A stretch of DNA of 63,717 bases, filler included, from Craspedostauros australis (taxonomy: Eukaryota), in assembly GCA_030167865.1 (NCBI GenBank). It is 9 parts of 9 records of this genome, joined end to end, with 100 filler letters (N's around TTAATTAATTAA, not from the genome) between each part and the next. Parts side by side here need not be neighbours in the genome. Positions count along the whole stretch, not along the records: positions 47,557 to 50,943 come from JALAGF010006029.1; positions 51,044 to 53,292 come from JALAGF010006030.1; positions 53,393 to 58,000 come from JALAGF010006035.1; positions 58,101 to 61,935 come from JALAGF010006037.1; 5 more parts are not named here. The stretch is one strand, 5' to 3'. The notes under the pieces are model-generated. The model saw nothing but the letters and a program-made list of their open reading frames with translations, did no database searches and was not told the origin of the DNA. This document shows positions 47,557 through 60,421 of the stretch, in pieces. The position numbers were made by a program, and so were the translations under genes. Every line of letters starts with the position of its first letter. The first letter of the stretch is position 1.

Positions 47557-50500
47557 GGCGTAGTCCATCCTCTTGGGCCTGCAACATCGCCTGCTTGCCG
47601 TCAAGTGCAATGGTAACCACACATGAGGCGTCCAGACCACGCATCCTGGCTATCACGGTAAGCGACGCCCAGATTCCCGCGAGTTCGCTTCTGTAAGCAC
47701 TTTGCGCTTCGGACGGGCCCGGGACGAACGTCTGGCANNNNNNNNNNNNNNNNNNNNNNNNNNNNNNNNNNNNNNNNNNNNNNNNNNNNNNNNNNNNNNN
47801 NNNNNNNNNNNNNNNNNNNNNNNNNNNNNNNNNNNNNNNNNNNNNNNNNNNNNNNNNNNNNNNNNNNNNNNNNNNNNNNNNNNNNNNNNNNNNNNNNNNN
47901 NNNNNNNNNNNNNNNNNNNNNNNNNNNNNNNNNNNNNNNNNNNNNNNNNNNNNNNNNNNNNNNNNNNNNNNNNNNNNNNAGACACGTTTGGCTCCTGTTG
48001 GGAGACTGTCTGCTGTCCCTCGCCAAGAGTAGAGCTGCCTGCGGGTTCTGCTGTTTCGACGAAGCGAATATTGCTGTGGGGGCTGTGTCCCTGTGTCGAA
48101 TATATCATGGCCGTAGGTATCCTTCCACCACCGCCAGGACCCATCGTCATGGTACCACCTACCGAGCGGCTCGTACAGGAGAAGGCCTCAAAAACACATG
48201 GACTTGCACCAGTGTTGCCATTCTTGCCACCATCCGCTTGGTAGTCGCTCCAGCTGGTTGGCCCAGCACTTGGGTATGCAAGACNCCATGGTGCCGTCGT
48301 GAGCCTCGCCGAGTATCCTTGTGCCGTTGGCCGATACAATGTCGGACAAGCGTAGCACTCCCAACTTCTGGCGCACCATGTTCAGGTGACAGAGCTGTGC
48401 TCCTTTGATGCTTTGTTCCAGCCAGATATCCGTGAGGAAGCTGTCTCCTTCCTGTTGGACCTTCGCTGTCGTCGTCGTCTTGTAAATCCGGATGATGGTG
48501 TCTTGGAGTTGTTGCCATAGCCCCGTCACCCAGCACTGTGTGGCACAGTGGCCCACACTGTCAAAGGGGTACTGGAAAATAGATCTGCCCGTTCCCAGCT
48601 CTTCCTTGAGTGCCAGAATAGAGCATTCGATCATCTTTCCTGTCTGGGTTCNNNNATGCACCTCATCAAATGCAAGCTGTATTTGTGAAATCAGCTGGGC
48701 GTTGGCCGGGTTAATGATTCCCAACCCGCCAAGCGAGGTTGTACCGTACACAAGGGCCCAAGGGAAGTTCCTGGACACTCCCATTTTTGGAAGTGACGCC
48801 AGCAGCGCCGGAGCCATGACTCGTCGCCATTGTTGTCTGGAAAGCTGTGTCATCGGCAGGGCATACTCAATCGTCTTCAGGAACCTCAGCGATAGCGCCG
48901 ACTTAGCGTCTTCCGGTGATATCTGTGCTGTCCGCATTCTGCCTCCGAAATCCTTGGCCTTCGCTCGCATCCTCTGCATCTGCTCTGTCTGGTCGCCGTC
49001 GAAATAAATGAACACTCCCAGTGTGAACAGGGGTTGGTCCATCGTCTTGTAGGGTATCTCTGGCCTGACACCGTTTCCGTCCTCAATTTGGATGGTGGTG
49101 CGGGTGTCGACGTCCTTCCAGCCCCACTCGCCTTTGACGAACTCGGGCTGGATGGCCCACCAAGCTGACTTAGCAGGAACCAACACCTCGCCTGTCACTC
49201 TCAACAGCCGACTCCAGTTGTGGACCATACTCTTGAATGCCTCCGTGTTGGCTCCTTCGCTGCCTGNAACCTCCAGTCGGACCNGATCCGTGTCGTCAAC
49301 AAACGCCGAGCCAAGGATCTCAATGACCTCTCCGTTGGGCGTCGTCACTTGGGATGCATGCCCCAACTTGAGCATAGCATTGAACATCACGGAGCTGATG
49401 ACGGCCCAAATCGCAGGACCCGCTCCGTTGCCTCGTCAATGCCATGCATTTCACAGTCTGGGCTTCGACGGTATGACCTATCTGACACCCCGTACGCTGT
49501 GCTGATGCGGTGGTCGGCGTCTCGAAGGGTCTTGAACATGCTCCGCNNNNNNNNNNNNNNNNNNNNNNNNNNNNNNNNNNNNNNNNNNNNNNNNNNNNNN
49601 NNNNNNNNNNNNNNNNNNNNNNNNNNNNNNTCATTCGAGCAGAACCCAATCGCCACCTTCTGTTGGAAACCCAGATCAACACTCAGCCTCTTGTTCAGGG
49701 CGGCACTCATGGCATATTTGCATTTCCTGCTGCCAAATTGAAACCCGGACAATCAGCCTGCCTCCTCAGCAGTCTTCATCATTTGCCTGCCCAATCTCTT
49801 ATTGTTCAGGTTGAACTGGGCGTCCATGAGTTGAATGGTCCTCATTTTCTCGATATTGAACACTTGGGCCTTCTTCAGGATCTCAACGTCTGTGATCCGT
49901 TGCCATGGTCGGGGCGAGTGTCCTGTCTGGTATGGGACATCACGCAACTGCGCGTCCGTTCTAGCCAAGCTATCCACCATCATTGCTGCCTTGTAGTGGC
50001 CAAAATGTGGGTTGCTTGGCTCCAAGTTGNTGAGCTCTGTTTGTCGCTTCCACGCTTTCTGGTGATCCTCGACTGTGAGTTCGGTCTCGTCCTGTGCTAT
50101 GGGCTCTAGTGCTGCGAGTAGGGCCCGGATCATGGAGTCGAGTTTGGCTGGAGACGTGCCTTCCTTGTTCACCAGTTGGGCTGCGAGTTCTGGTTGCCAG
50201 ATACGATCCATGACACGCTTGTCTCAACCTGTCATACAGGGAGTACCGTTTGCTTGTGAGAACCTTCGCTTGTTCTCCCGGATACACACGGTGACAATCT
50301 CATGTTGTTCGGTGCATTCATGAAGCCTGCCATCTTCGTCGGTGAACAGGACTTTGGTGGTCATTGACTTGTCCTGACCGAAGATCGCTTGAAGGTGGCC
50401 TGCTTGCTCCCTTTGTCTCTCACGGTTCAGCAGAAGATGTAGTGCAGCTTCGTATTCTTGATCATGAGCATCATGGCGTTGTCTTGCAATCTCCACCAGG

Positions 50501-50943
50501 TAGTGTTGTCGCGCTTGTGTGTGATGTTTTTTCTGTGTGAAATAGGCTGTGTATGCTTCAGACTGTTTCTGTTTCGCTTGCTCCAGCGTCGCCTCGCTGT
50601 CCAGCCCCACTGACTTCTTGGTGCGTTGTCGAAGGAACGAACTGACTTTGACATCGGACATGTGCTTCACTTCCAAGGACCAGAACTTGATCACGTTCCT
50701 CGCGTGTTGCAGGTCGGGAGACCACGCCACGGCACCCANNNNNNNNNNNNNNNNNNNNNNNNNNNNGTATCTTCTGATCTCATAGGTCTGCGCCAAGAGC
50801 TTGTCGTACTGGAGTTGTTGGGCAGGGGTCAGTCGCCATCCTTGAGATTTCGCCAGGCGCCATATCTCTTGCACCCGTTTGCATATGTTGTGCTTTCCGT
50901 ACTCTTCCAACAGTGCGTCATTGTACTTCTGGGTGACACGTGG
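47557..50943 (-). mobile_element. Degenerate non-LTR retrotransposon with RT and RNase H (Ambal-like)
   Basis: RT motifs EKMRTIQLMDAQFNLNNK, GNGAGPAIWAVIS and AFVDDTD. RNase H block VPGPSEAQSAYRSELAG...IALDG at 47590-47737. Several stops and frameshifts. Confidence 0.85.
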
Positions 50944-51043
50944 NNNNNNNNNNNNNNNNNNNNNNNNNNNNNNNNNNNNNNNNNNNNTTAATTAATTAAN
51001 NNNNNNNNNNNNNNNNNNNNNNNNNNNNNNNNNNNNNNNNNNN

Positions 51044-52961
51044 GTTGTTGAGCGTCACCTCGTGGATGATCGGTCCGTCGTTGAGCCACGCTGGGATGCT
51101 CACGTCGTCGTGGACCTCGTCCGTTCCTGGGAAGTGTTGAAAGGTATCAAAGAATGAATCATCGACGGCNNNNNNNNNNNNNNNNNNNNNNNNNNNNNNN
51201 NNNNNNNNNNNNNNNNNNNNNNNNNNNNNNNNNNNNNNNNNNNNNNNNNNNNNNNNNNNNNNNNNNNNNNNNNNNNNNNNNNNNNNNNNNNNNNNNNNNN
51301 NNNNNNNNNNNNNNNNNCCTGGGATGCCACAGTAATGGCACTTCCCACTGAAGCCGCTGCCACGACCTCTTCCTCTGTTGCCGCGGTTGCCTTGATTGCC
51401 GCGTTGATCTCCTCTTCTGTTGCCTCTGTTGTTGTAGCCTCCTCGTCGGCCGTTGTTGGATTGGTGGTTGTTGTTGTTGTCGGCCGCTTGCTTCCTGTCT
51501 GGACAATTCGCAGATCGATGGCCGTACTTTCCGCAGTTGTGGCAGTTGCCTTTGAATCCGCCTGTCGCAGCCATCGCCGCGTCGTCGCGCTTGCTGCCCN
51601 NNNNNNNNNNNNNNNNNNNNNNNNNNNNNNNNNNNNNNNNNNNNNNNNNCCGTACTTTCCGCAGTTGTGGCAGTTGCCTTTGAATCCGCCTGTCGCAGCC
51701 ATCGCCGCGTCGTCGCGCTTGCTGCCCGTATCCCCGAAGTCGTCCACGTATGCCTTTCCGCCTTGGAGTTTGGCGTATCTGTAGTTCAGCACGTTTTGGA
51801 TGGCTTTGATCGTCACCTTCTCTGGACCCATCTGCAGTTGGTATTCGAAGTTGCTCACTTCGTCGTCGTAGTCCTTGCTGAGACTGCTGAGTACTTGCAT
51901 GATCAGTTCTCTCTCGCTGATCTCGTACTTCACATCTTGGAGGCGAGTGCGGAGCAGCTCAAGCCGTGTGACGTAGATGTCGGGATCCGTATCCCTNNCC
52001 ATGCGCTCGGTGTTGAATTGGCGCTTCAGCCGCAGCACCGTGGATGCGTCGGTCGGCTGGTANTTCTCCTTCAGCATCTTCCATGCTGCCGCTGGGTTCC
52101 CCTCGGGGTTCTGCTCGTCGCAGCATTGATTGATCAGCTGGATCGCCTGCTTTCCAGTGCCTTGCTCTGCATCCATCATCAGGATCAGATCACTGAAGCA
52201 GTCCAGCGCCAGTTCGCGCGTCTCTTCGAGGGCCTCCCTCTTCTCTTCATCACTCTCTTTCTCGATGTCTTCTTTCNNNNNNNNNNNNNNNNNNNNNNNN
52301 NNNNNNNNNNNNNNNNNNNNNNNNNNCTCTCTTTCTCGATGTCTTCTTTCGTCGGGATGGGCTTCTCTCCCATCATGATGGCCTTGAATCGCTGCGTACG
52401 CGCGTACGCTTTTGCCTGCGACTCCCACGCGTTGTAGTCTTCCTTCTTCCCGCTGAAGAGTGGGGCCTTGCGCCTCTTGTACGTGTCCTTCGTCATCTTC
52501 TTTCTCGTTGTTGTCTGCTTGCTCGTGCCTTGTGTGCTGCCCGTCGATTGGCTCTCTTCTTTCTCTTCTTCTCTCTCTGACTCTTCGTTATCGTTGGATG
52601 CGAGGGGATCGATGCTGCTGTCTCTCTCTGACGCGCTACCCCTGCCTTCTGTTTCCGTCTGCTGTACTTCTGTCTCGTACGCTTCCACTTTGAACACTTG
52701 CTGTGATGGAGTCGATGTGGGTTGTCCTGTTGGTGCCGATGTCGGTCTCGGCTGGTCTCTCTGCCGCGTCTCTGCGCCGGCGCTTCGTGCAGCTTGCTCT
52801 GCTTCCGTTTCGGTGATGGCTCCTTGCTGAGCGCTTGGTTGTTGGATGGGCGCACCCGCTCCTTCTCGCGTGAGGTTCGGAGTCTCGTCCTCGTCTCCCT
52901 CGGTCTTGTCCTCGATCACTCGTGTGAGAGGGAATGCTGTTTCTTCAGTTTCTTCGCTCAT
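51044..52961 (-). mobile_element. Ty1/Copia LTR retrotransposon gag
   Basis: PLFSGKKEDYNAW, AWKMLKExYQP and DPDIYVTRLE, plus zinc knuckles CHNCGKYGHRSANC and CHYCGIP. Confidence 0.88.
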
Positions 52962-53100
52962 TCAGCGCTCGTCTCGCTTCTCGTCTCGTCCTCAATCACG
53001 CGTGTGAGAGGGTATTCTGCCACTTCAGTCTCTTCTGCTCATTCAGCGCCTCGCGCTCTTCGTTTCGTCCTCGATCACCGGTGTGAGAGGGTATGCTAGC
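52908..53100. repeat. ~80-bp imperfect tandem repeat (about 2.5 units) spanning the gag start
   Basis: gtcctc(g/a)atcac..gtgtgagaggg occurs at 52908, 52988 and 53067. Confidence 0.85.
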
Positions 53101-53463
53101 TCGTCTCTTGCTCGTCAATCTCTCCTTGCACAAGGCTTCCCTGGTGCTAACGTTTATAAACGTGTTGGAAGGCTCCGCGCACGGAGAATTGGTAGTCAAC
53201 ACTCTTTCTCAAAGTGTTTCTGTTACTGTTACTGTTGTTGCTATTGATTGTTGGTGAACAAGCGTGGGGAATGAGATGATCAAGATGCTCTCNNNNNNNN
53301 NNNNNNNNNNNNNNNNNNNNNNNNNNNNNNNNNNNNTTAATTAATTAANNNNNNNNNNNNNNNNNNNNNNNNNNNNNNNNNNNNNNNNNNNNAGAATCAG
53401 AACTTCTGAAGTTCTGAATCCGTTCTGACTCGATTATGTTGTCTGAATGCTCTTGCGGACGAG

Positions 53464-53491
53464 GGCCGGGTGGTTTGTAAACCACCCGGCC
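53464..53491. repeat. 13-bp perfect inverted repeat
   Basis: GGCCGGGTGGTTT-gt-AAACCACCCGGCC. Confidence 0.9.
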
Positions 53492-56400
53492 AATAGCGGT
53501 GCGGTCCAGGCAGGATTCTTTGATTTTGGTCCTTCGATTTCGATGAGACTTGGTGCACATACACTTTAGCATACTTATATTAATAATCCGAGACTGTAGC
53601 TTCAGAGAGGCCTTATCTTTATAGTTATGAGGTGATGAAGTTGGGCAGGCTACCTCTAATGGAGCCCACGATCTGTCGTGTTGTTTTTCTCGAGTTTGGG
53701 ACTATCTCATGACATTTTGGTTTGTTCACGAGTTCGAGAATCTGTTTTTCCTTGGTCGGAGGCAAAACTTGATGCCGATTTCCGCATAGACGGGCAGACG
53801 GTAAAATATTGGGTGCTCACAACATGGTCAACTCGCGGTGTCAACGTGTGCAGCTGCCCCAGCTGCTCTTCCCCTCCTCATTCTCGTTTCACTGCGTACA
53901 GGATTCTGATGGTGAAGGCGGTACTTCCAATGGACAGGGGGTAATCGAGTATAATAGCTTCTGAAAGAGCGAGGCGACAATGGAGAATTGGGTTGACATC
54001 CTCAGTCTCGTGCATCGCCGTGTTGTACTGTGGCGAATGTCCTTGTTCACATGTGTTCGATCTCAGTCGTCCAATTCAACCCTTGTCGAAGAAATCGTCC
54101 CAAGTCTTTGAAGGAAATAACTTATGAAGTATTGAAGTACATGTAGTCTTCTGGGTGGCAGTGAGTAAGCTGGAGAAGAAGCAATGGTGGAACCCCTTTA
54201 GTCACCATAAATTCAAAGCGGGAGAGGCCATTTTAAATATTGGCTCGCTTAACCCTCATTAATGTAATCATGTTGGATGGCAACGATCTACGCAATTTCG
54301 TCTACTGAGAAATGTGAACGTTTGAAATTAAAATTTGAAAATATCCGTTGGTACTCGTATTTTATCATTGACATTCGTCAAACGTCATCATCAGTATTCC
54401 TTGTCCAATCACTTCGTCTCATTATCATGACGTATGTATGCGGGTACACGGACAGACAGTATCTGGTTCTCGCAAAGCATTCGAACTCAACAAATTCACT
54501 CGCATCGTTCGGTGAGAGGCGTTGGGTGGACCAACAGATTCGTCCCACCGACACCGTCAACAATAGAAACTGAACAACAACGCAATTGCATCCAGCACAG
54601 CAAGTCAACCAGGGCCACAGGTCAACATGATCATCAACAACGACTCCATTGCGGCCGCCAAAGATATGGTCAGTGTGTGCTTAGCAGAATGACTCTGCGT
54701 AGTTCAGTATTGACAGCATCGTCGATGGCCATGAGACACCACCATCTCATGAACACACCGGCGGAGACACCTACCAAGCTACTCCACCAACGCCTACCGC
54801 AGCATCGTCAACGGATGCAGCAACCATCGTCAACACTTTGTACCAACACACAAGGAATACAAGTATGGTTGAAGGGCAATGGTGGATCTGGAGCTGCATC
54901 TCCTTGCGCTCCCACTGCAGGCCAAATTCTCATTCTACATGATGTCGCTGGGCAAAGGGCAGTGAAAAGCAGTTGGCAATGCACAACGAGCTGCAAATGC
55001 TGTGAATCAGGACAACAGCAGCCTCAACAACACTGACATCACAGNNNNCCTCAACAACACTGACATCACAGCGGCAAGGACAATGCTCAGTGAGTTGGTG
55101 CATTCAGAGCCTTGTGGATGGCTGAGCATTGAGCCTGTGGAATGAACATCACAGTAGTCTTCAGAAGTTGTATATTCGGCTGATGGTCAATAGCAGAGCA
55201 TCTGGCTGGAAGCAACTGATGGGCAGAGAGCACAGCATACAGTACAGATCTCATCAGTGTATGTCGCAACAGATGGAGAGCACCGCATCCTGTCAAAAGC
55301 ATGAAAGGCAACATCCGGCAAACACCAACACACATACTATTCACTGGCACCACACAGAATGCAGAGCGCAGACTGCCTCCTGAAACAACAAACTGATGAG
55401 AAGACTGCATTCAGCAAGATCCGGGAATATTGTTATTGATCAACAAGTAGTAGGCAGTTTCCAGAAGAAGCAAAAGGGCTTCCAACCACAGCCAATGAAT
55501 TCATACATGACTCAATATCGAGAAGAGTATCTGGCTTCAACCAGGTACTAGTGGGTTAGTAGTGAGCTCCACCACATGACATTTGGCAACCAGTAGTGAA
55601 GCAATGAAGAACATTCAGAACGAGGAGCATCCAACCACAACCAAATCCACAGAGAAGATCTAACAGGAGGCAACCAGCAGCAGAAAAGGATCAAGCATCA
55701 AATATACTGCAAAGTAATTGGCAACAATCAAGAAACTACAAATCCCCAACACCAGAGTACCCAACAAAGACCATAGTACATGCAGCAAAGTATCTCAAAA
55801 CGAGCAACAGATCACTCTGCATCATTTGGCAGAGAGCAGAGCCCACAGGTCACAGCTGCAGAGCCCGCAGGGTACATAACAGAGAACACCCGACTGAGTT
55901 CTGTTGGCTGCAACNNNNNNNNNNNNNNNNNNNNNNNNNNNNNNNNNNNNNNNNNNNNNNNNNNNNNNNNNNNNNNNNNNNNNNNNNNNNTACATCAATG
56001 CCACTCATTGATCATTGTGCTCTAATTGATGTTGCTCCTCTGGCATCCCATGGAATGCTGTCTGATGCGGATGCACGCCTGCACACACTACAGATTCTGC
56101 GTGGCTCAAATGTCAAACAGCATGAGCATCGTACGATCTACAATTCCATCCACAAAATTCATTCCAAACTGTCGCCGCTCGCCGCTCCCAAACGCACGAA
56201 CTAAACAACACAAACGAACGCAAATGAATGGGCAGACAAGTGATCACTCCGCACAACAAACAAAATCCACAATTCAGCAGCGCAAATCAACCAACAGACA
56301 AACGACCAAATCCACGAATGGCAGAACACACAGAATGGACAAACTGCTGCACCAATAGATGCCAACCAAACATATGATACCGCTCTTCGCATCCAAAGAT

Positions 56401-57913
56401 CTTTTGCAGCAATGGTCAACTACTGTGCTCATCGGCCAGTCCCCCACAGCTGTCAATGCCGTCAATGCCATCAATGCCATCAACAACCAACCAAATCCTC
56501 CTGCATGTCCAGCGAGAAATGGTGGAATGCATGGTACCATCAATGCGTCGAAGCCATCATGTCATACCAAAGGATGCCCACTGTGGCTAAATCACAAATA
56601 TCATCTGTGCCTGCATTGTCCTCGAGAGTCCGTACCATTCCTTCCACGCCACTGCCACTGTCGCACACATGAAAGGATTATCTGAGACCATGATCGTGGG
56701 ATGTGTGGAGTGTGCAGGGTACCTCCTCGAGGAGCTCTGCAATGGCCATGCCAACAAGCAGTTCATGAAGAATGTCGCCAAAGACCCAGGCATCCTTGTC
56801 TGCGTCATCAGGTTGATTTGCGCCAACCTGGATGCAGTTCTTGTCTTCTCATCCATCCAATCGTGGAGGTCATGCGCTTCCAGTACATGCGCTGGCTTGG
56901 AGGTAAGTGTTGACGCACAACCGCAGTCGCAGCAACCCATCGCCATCACTGTAGCAATTGCCCATCATGCATTTGTGTGCTGCACTTCAAACACTTGCAC
57001 ACCAACACAATCACACCCATTCTCTCCTTCTCCTTTTCTCTTCATCCATACTATTCATCCACTCCACATCATCCTGGTGGGACCAAATGCAATGCAATAC
57101 ACAATTGCAGGGCTTCCAGACAACCTCCAGTTCCTCGTTGCCACAGTCATGCAGCACACAACACACCACACTCTTCGCGCAGCACACAGTACACAGGCCT
57201 ACTCATAAGAACTACTTCGCCTCAATCAACACCAACTTCTGTCCATATGCTGGCATTGACCCAACTGTTGCTACAATCATGCGCAAGCCAGGCGTTGATA
57301 CCACCATGAACCTCATCGATTTCGCCCACTTTGCAGGAGCATCCTTTCAGAACATGGAAGAGCCACCAGATGCAGTGTTCCACATGCTGAGAGCAGAATG
57401 AAGTGAGCCGCTCCCAAGCGCAAAGAGAATCAGCAGAAGAAGATCGCCATCGCTGCCTTCTCCTTCCCATCCTGCAAGATCAACGTCGATACTGCCACCT
57501 CCTTCAACACCTTCAATGTGGCCAAGGCTATCCTGCAACAGCTCAAGAGCAAGGGATGCAATGTCAGTGGTGGCAACAGCATTGACAAAGCCACCAAGGA
57601 GGATATGCTGAAGGCCATCCTGAAGGATATCGTCAACAACATCATCAACACTCTGGAAGCAATGCTCTCCTTTCCAGAGCTCAATTTTCCCACCACAGGG
57701 ATCCAGGCAAGTACTATTCATGATGATGTTTCGAATACAAGCAAGATCCCAACTGCCTCCTCTTTGCCAATTCCGTCAACACTGCTAGCCTACATCACAG
57801 ACTCATGGCCTACACGTACCCATCACCCAATTCTCTGTTGAAATTCCCTGTTGTCCCAACAGTAACATGCTCCTGTATCGCTCAGGAGTGATCGATTCTA
57901 CACTTGCCATGTT

Positions 57914-58000
57914 GAAAGTGAGGGGGATTTTGTTATTTCTGTCCTCTGTTCTGGTTCAGTCCTGTACGATCAGGAATTTCTGATGTCACACATTTCGACA
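57914..58000 (+). mobile_element. Putative polypurine tract and start of the 3' LTR of a decayed LTR retrotransposon
   Basis: GAAAGTGAGGGGGA-ttt-TGTTA, preceded by CpG-poor broken ORF remnants (about 56600-57840). Confidence 0.45.
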
Positions 58001-58100
58001 NNNNNNNNNNNNNNNNNNNNNNNNNNNNNNNNNNNNNNNNNNNNTTAATTAATTAANNNNNNNNNNNNNNNNNNNNNNNNNNNNNNNNNNNNNNNNNNNN

Positions 58101-59394
58101 ACGTGGTCTTCTCAAGATGAAACGAGTGGCATCGAGATGGACTGTGGAGTCCTTCCGAAGCAAGCCATTGTGTGCGGATCCAACGCAAGTGGCTGTGATG
58201 GAGCTGCTGGACCAACTGGCTACCGTTGCATACTTCGTTCTTCCGGAATTGTTTCCTTTGGTCATCTTTGAGTGTGTGGAGAGGACTTTGAAACACGGCA
58301 TCCTCCCACATTCCTCTACCGCCTTCGCTAATCTCTCTGTGGTCATGGGGCCCATCATGGGAGATTTCAAAACCGCGGAAACGATTGGCAAGATCGCCAT
58401 GCAGATGACAGAACACGAATCAAACCGAAATTGCGAGAGTAAGGTCATTTGCGCTTTAAACACTGCCGTGATACATTGGATAAAGCCGATGGACGTTGCG
58501 TTGCAGGAACTGTGGAGAGGGCACGAGCTCGGCATGGCATGCGGTGATGTCAACACAGCCTTTCGAAATGTGTCCAGCCACCTACTAAACAGGTTCTTCG
58601 CGGGTGAACCGCTGGCCCAACTTGACGAAGACATGCTGAGGTGTTCACATTCTATTAATGATGTGCCGCACATCGAGCAACAAGACTTCTTCAACATGAG
58701 TTGGCAGTCCATTCACAATCTCCGAGGTCTCTCCAACAACGAAACGAAGCTGAAGGGAGACATGTACGATGAAGATGCCTTCTTCGGACAGCCAACTGAA
58801 CAGATAGACGAGGTCATCGCAATCGTTGCGATGTCGTACCAGCTGATCCTCACCACATTCTTTGGCGACTTCGAGCTCGGCGCGACCATTTCGATAGAAT
58901 CCTTCGACAAGCAGGTGAAGAAGATCCCAGGAGTCGCCTCCCTTCCAATCGGAGCAACGTACGGCAGCATCTGCTGTTATGCCGCTGGCTACGCGGCCTC
59001 AAGCAAATCGAAAGCAGCCACATACCGCAAGCAAGGAGACCGCTGCCGCAAGCAGCTCCGCAAGTGGGCCGACATGGGCAACCCAAACTGCCAACATAGC
59101 TACGCGTTGGTGCAAGCAGAACACAAGATGCTGCGATCCAAGTTNGNCTCNGCCGTCGTGAANTTCAAGGATGCGATCGATCTCGCCACNAGCTGCGGCT
59201 TCACGAACGATCAAGCGCTGGCGAATGAGCGCCTTTCGGAGTGCTTGACAAGGATGGGGATGGACGATGCGGCCGATCAGGCAATGGAAGAAGCCATTCG
59301 GCTGTATGGAGAATGGGGTGCAATGAGGAAGGTGGAGAAACTGAGATCGATGTCTGAGAAGACGAAGAAAGAACAGGCAAGCGAAATGAATTGA
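58101..59394 (+). CDS. C-terminal helical/TPR-like region of a STAND ATPase multi-sensor type protein (5'-truncated)
   Basis: HELGMACGD, GNPNCQH..LVQAE, DQALANERL and AIRLYGEWGAMRKVEKL resemble the COG3899-type region downstream of the ATPase. Confidence 0.7.
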
Positions 59395-60325
59395 TGCCTT
59401 GGGGATGGGCAAACAGCGCTGAGAACGAATAGATGAGTCATTATCCGTAGTCTGAAATCTACTCCCATTGTTCGCTCCGCACTTGAAAAGGGGTTTGGTT
59501 GTACCATATAATACAATCGTATACCACACGAGCTTGGTGCCAATAGTTCATTCTCGAGCGTCCAGGCCTCGACAGTCACAGGAACGTGTGTTCCGGGGGT
59601 CTTCTGGATGTTGTTAGGCATTGTCGAAATTACTGTTGAGGAAAATCGAAGGCACCGATCCAGCCGCTGCCATCGTGTGCGAGCGACGCGACAACAACAC
59701 TCATACTTACCTTAGACATGCTTGTTCTTGATCAACAAGGAGAATAGCAGAACGGAGGAGCTGGTCAATACACGGATGAAACACTCCAGACTGTACGTGA
59801 TCCCGTTCCACTTGGTGCACTAGTACCAAGTCTGTCTATAATTTTTGACTAGGTGTTTTTGCGCTTGTCGCAGAATGCCGCCCTCCCCCCACACACACCA
59901 ACACAACACCCCCAACCATCCACCACATCATTGTGGCAAGGTATGGTAGGTCGTATGGTATACTACGACCATGTACATGTATCACACTTCCACAACCCTT
60001 CTGTCTCATTCCAATACAACACACGTTGGTGAATACGTTTGCGCCTCATCAGGTTGGATGCGATGGATGTTGGAGTCCGCATCATGTGCCGAATCGGTGG
60101 TGATGATGGGACCGATTGTAATGATCGAGGATGTGATGGACGCAAACGGCATGCCCACTGCATGTACTCTCATACTCATCCACTGCTATACAATCATTAA
60201 TATAATATAATGTAATGTTCAACATTTGCAGTCTTGATACTAATACATTATTATATAGAATATATATGATCGAATGTTTGCAGAGTGCAAGCTTCCATGG
60301 GATGGATTGGAGGTGGTTGGCACCT

Positions 60326-60382
60326 CACTCATCCACTCATCCACTCATCCACTCATCCACTCATCCACTCACTCATCCACTC
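60326..60382. repeat. CACTCATC 8-mer microsatellite
   Basis: About 7 consecutive units, one of them partial. Confidence 0.9.
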
Positions 60383-60421
60383 CTGCATGTCCATCCGACA
60401 GTGGAATGGCAGAAGAACACT

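Noticed and set aside
52908..53100. CRISPR-like repeat-spacer pattern
   Set aside because: The intervening sequences are homologous to each other, so it is a tandem repeat in a Copia leader.
53400..53418. Heat-shock element (alternating GAA/TTC)
   Set aside because: The period is 4 nt, whereas canonical nGAAn units have a period of 5.
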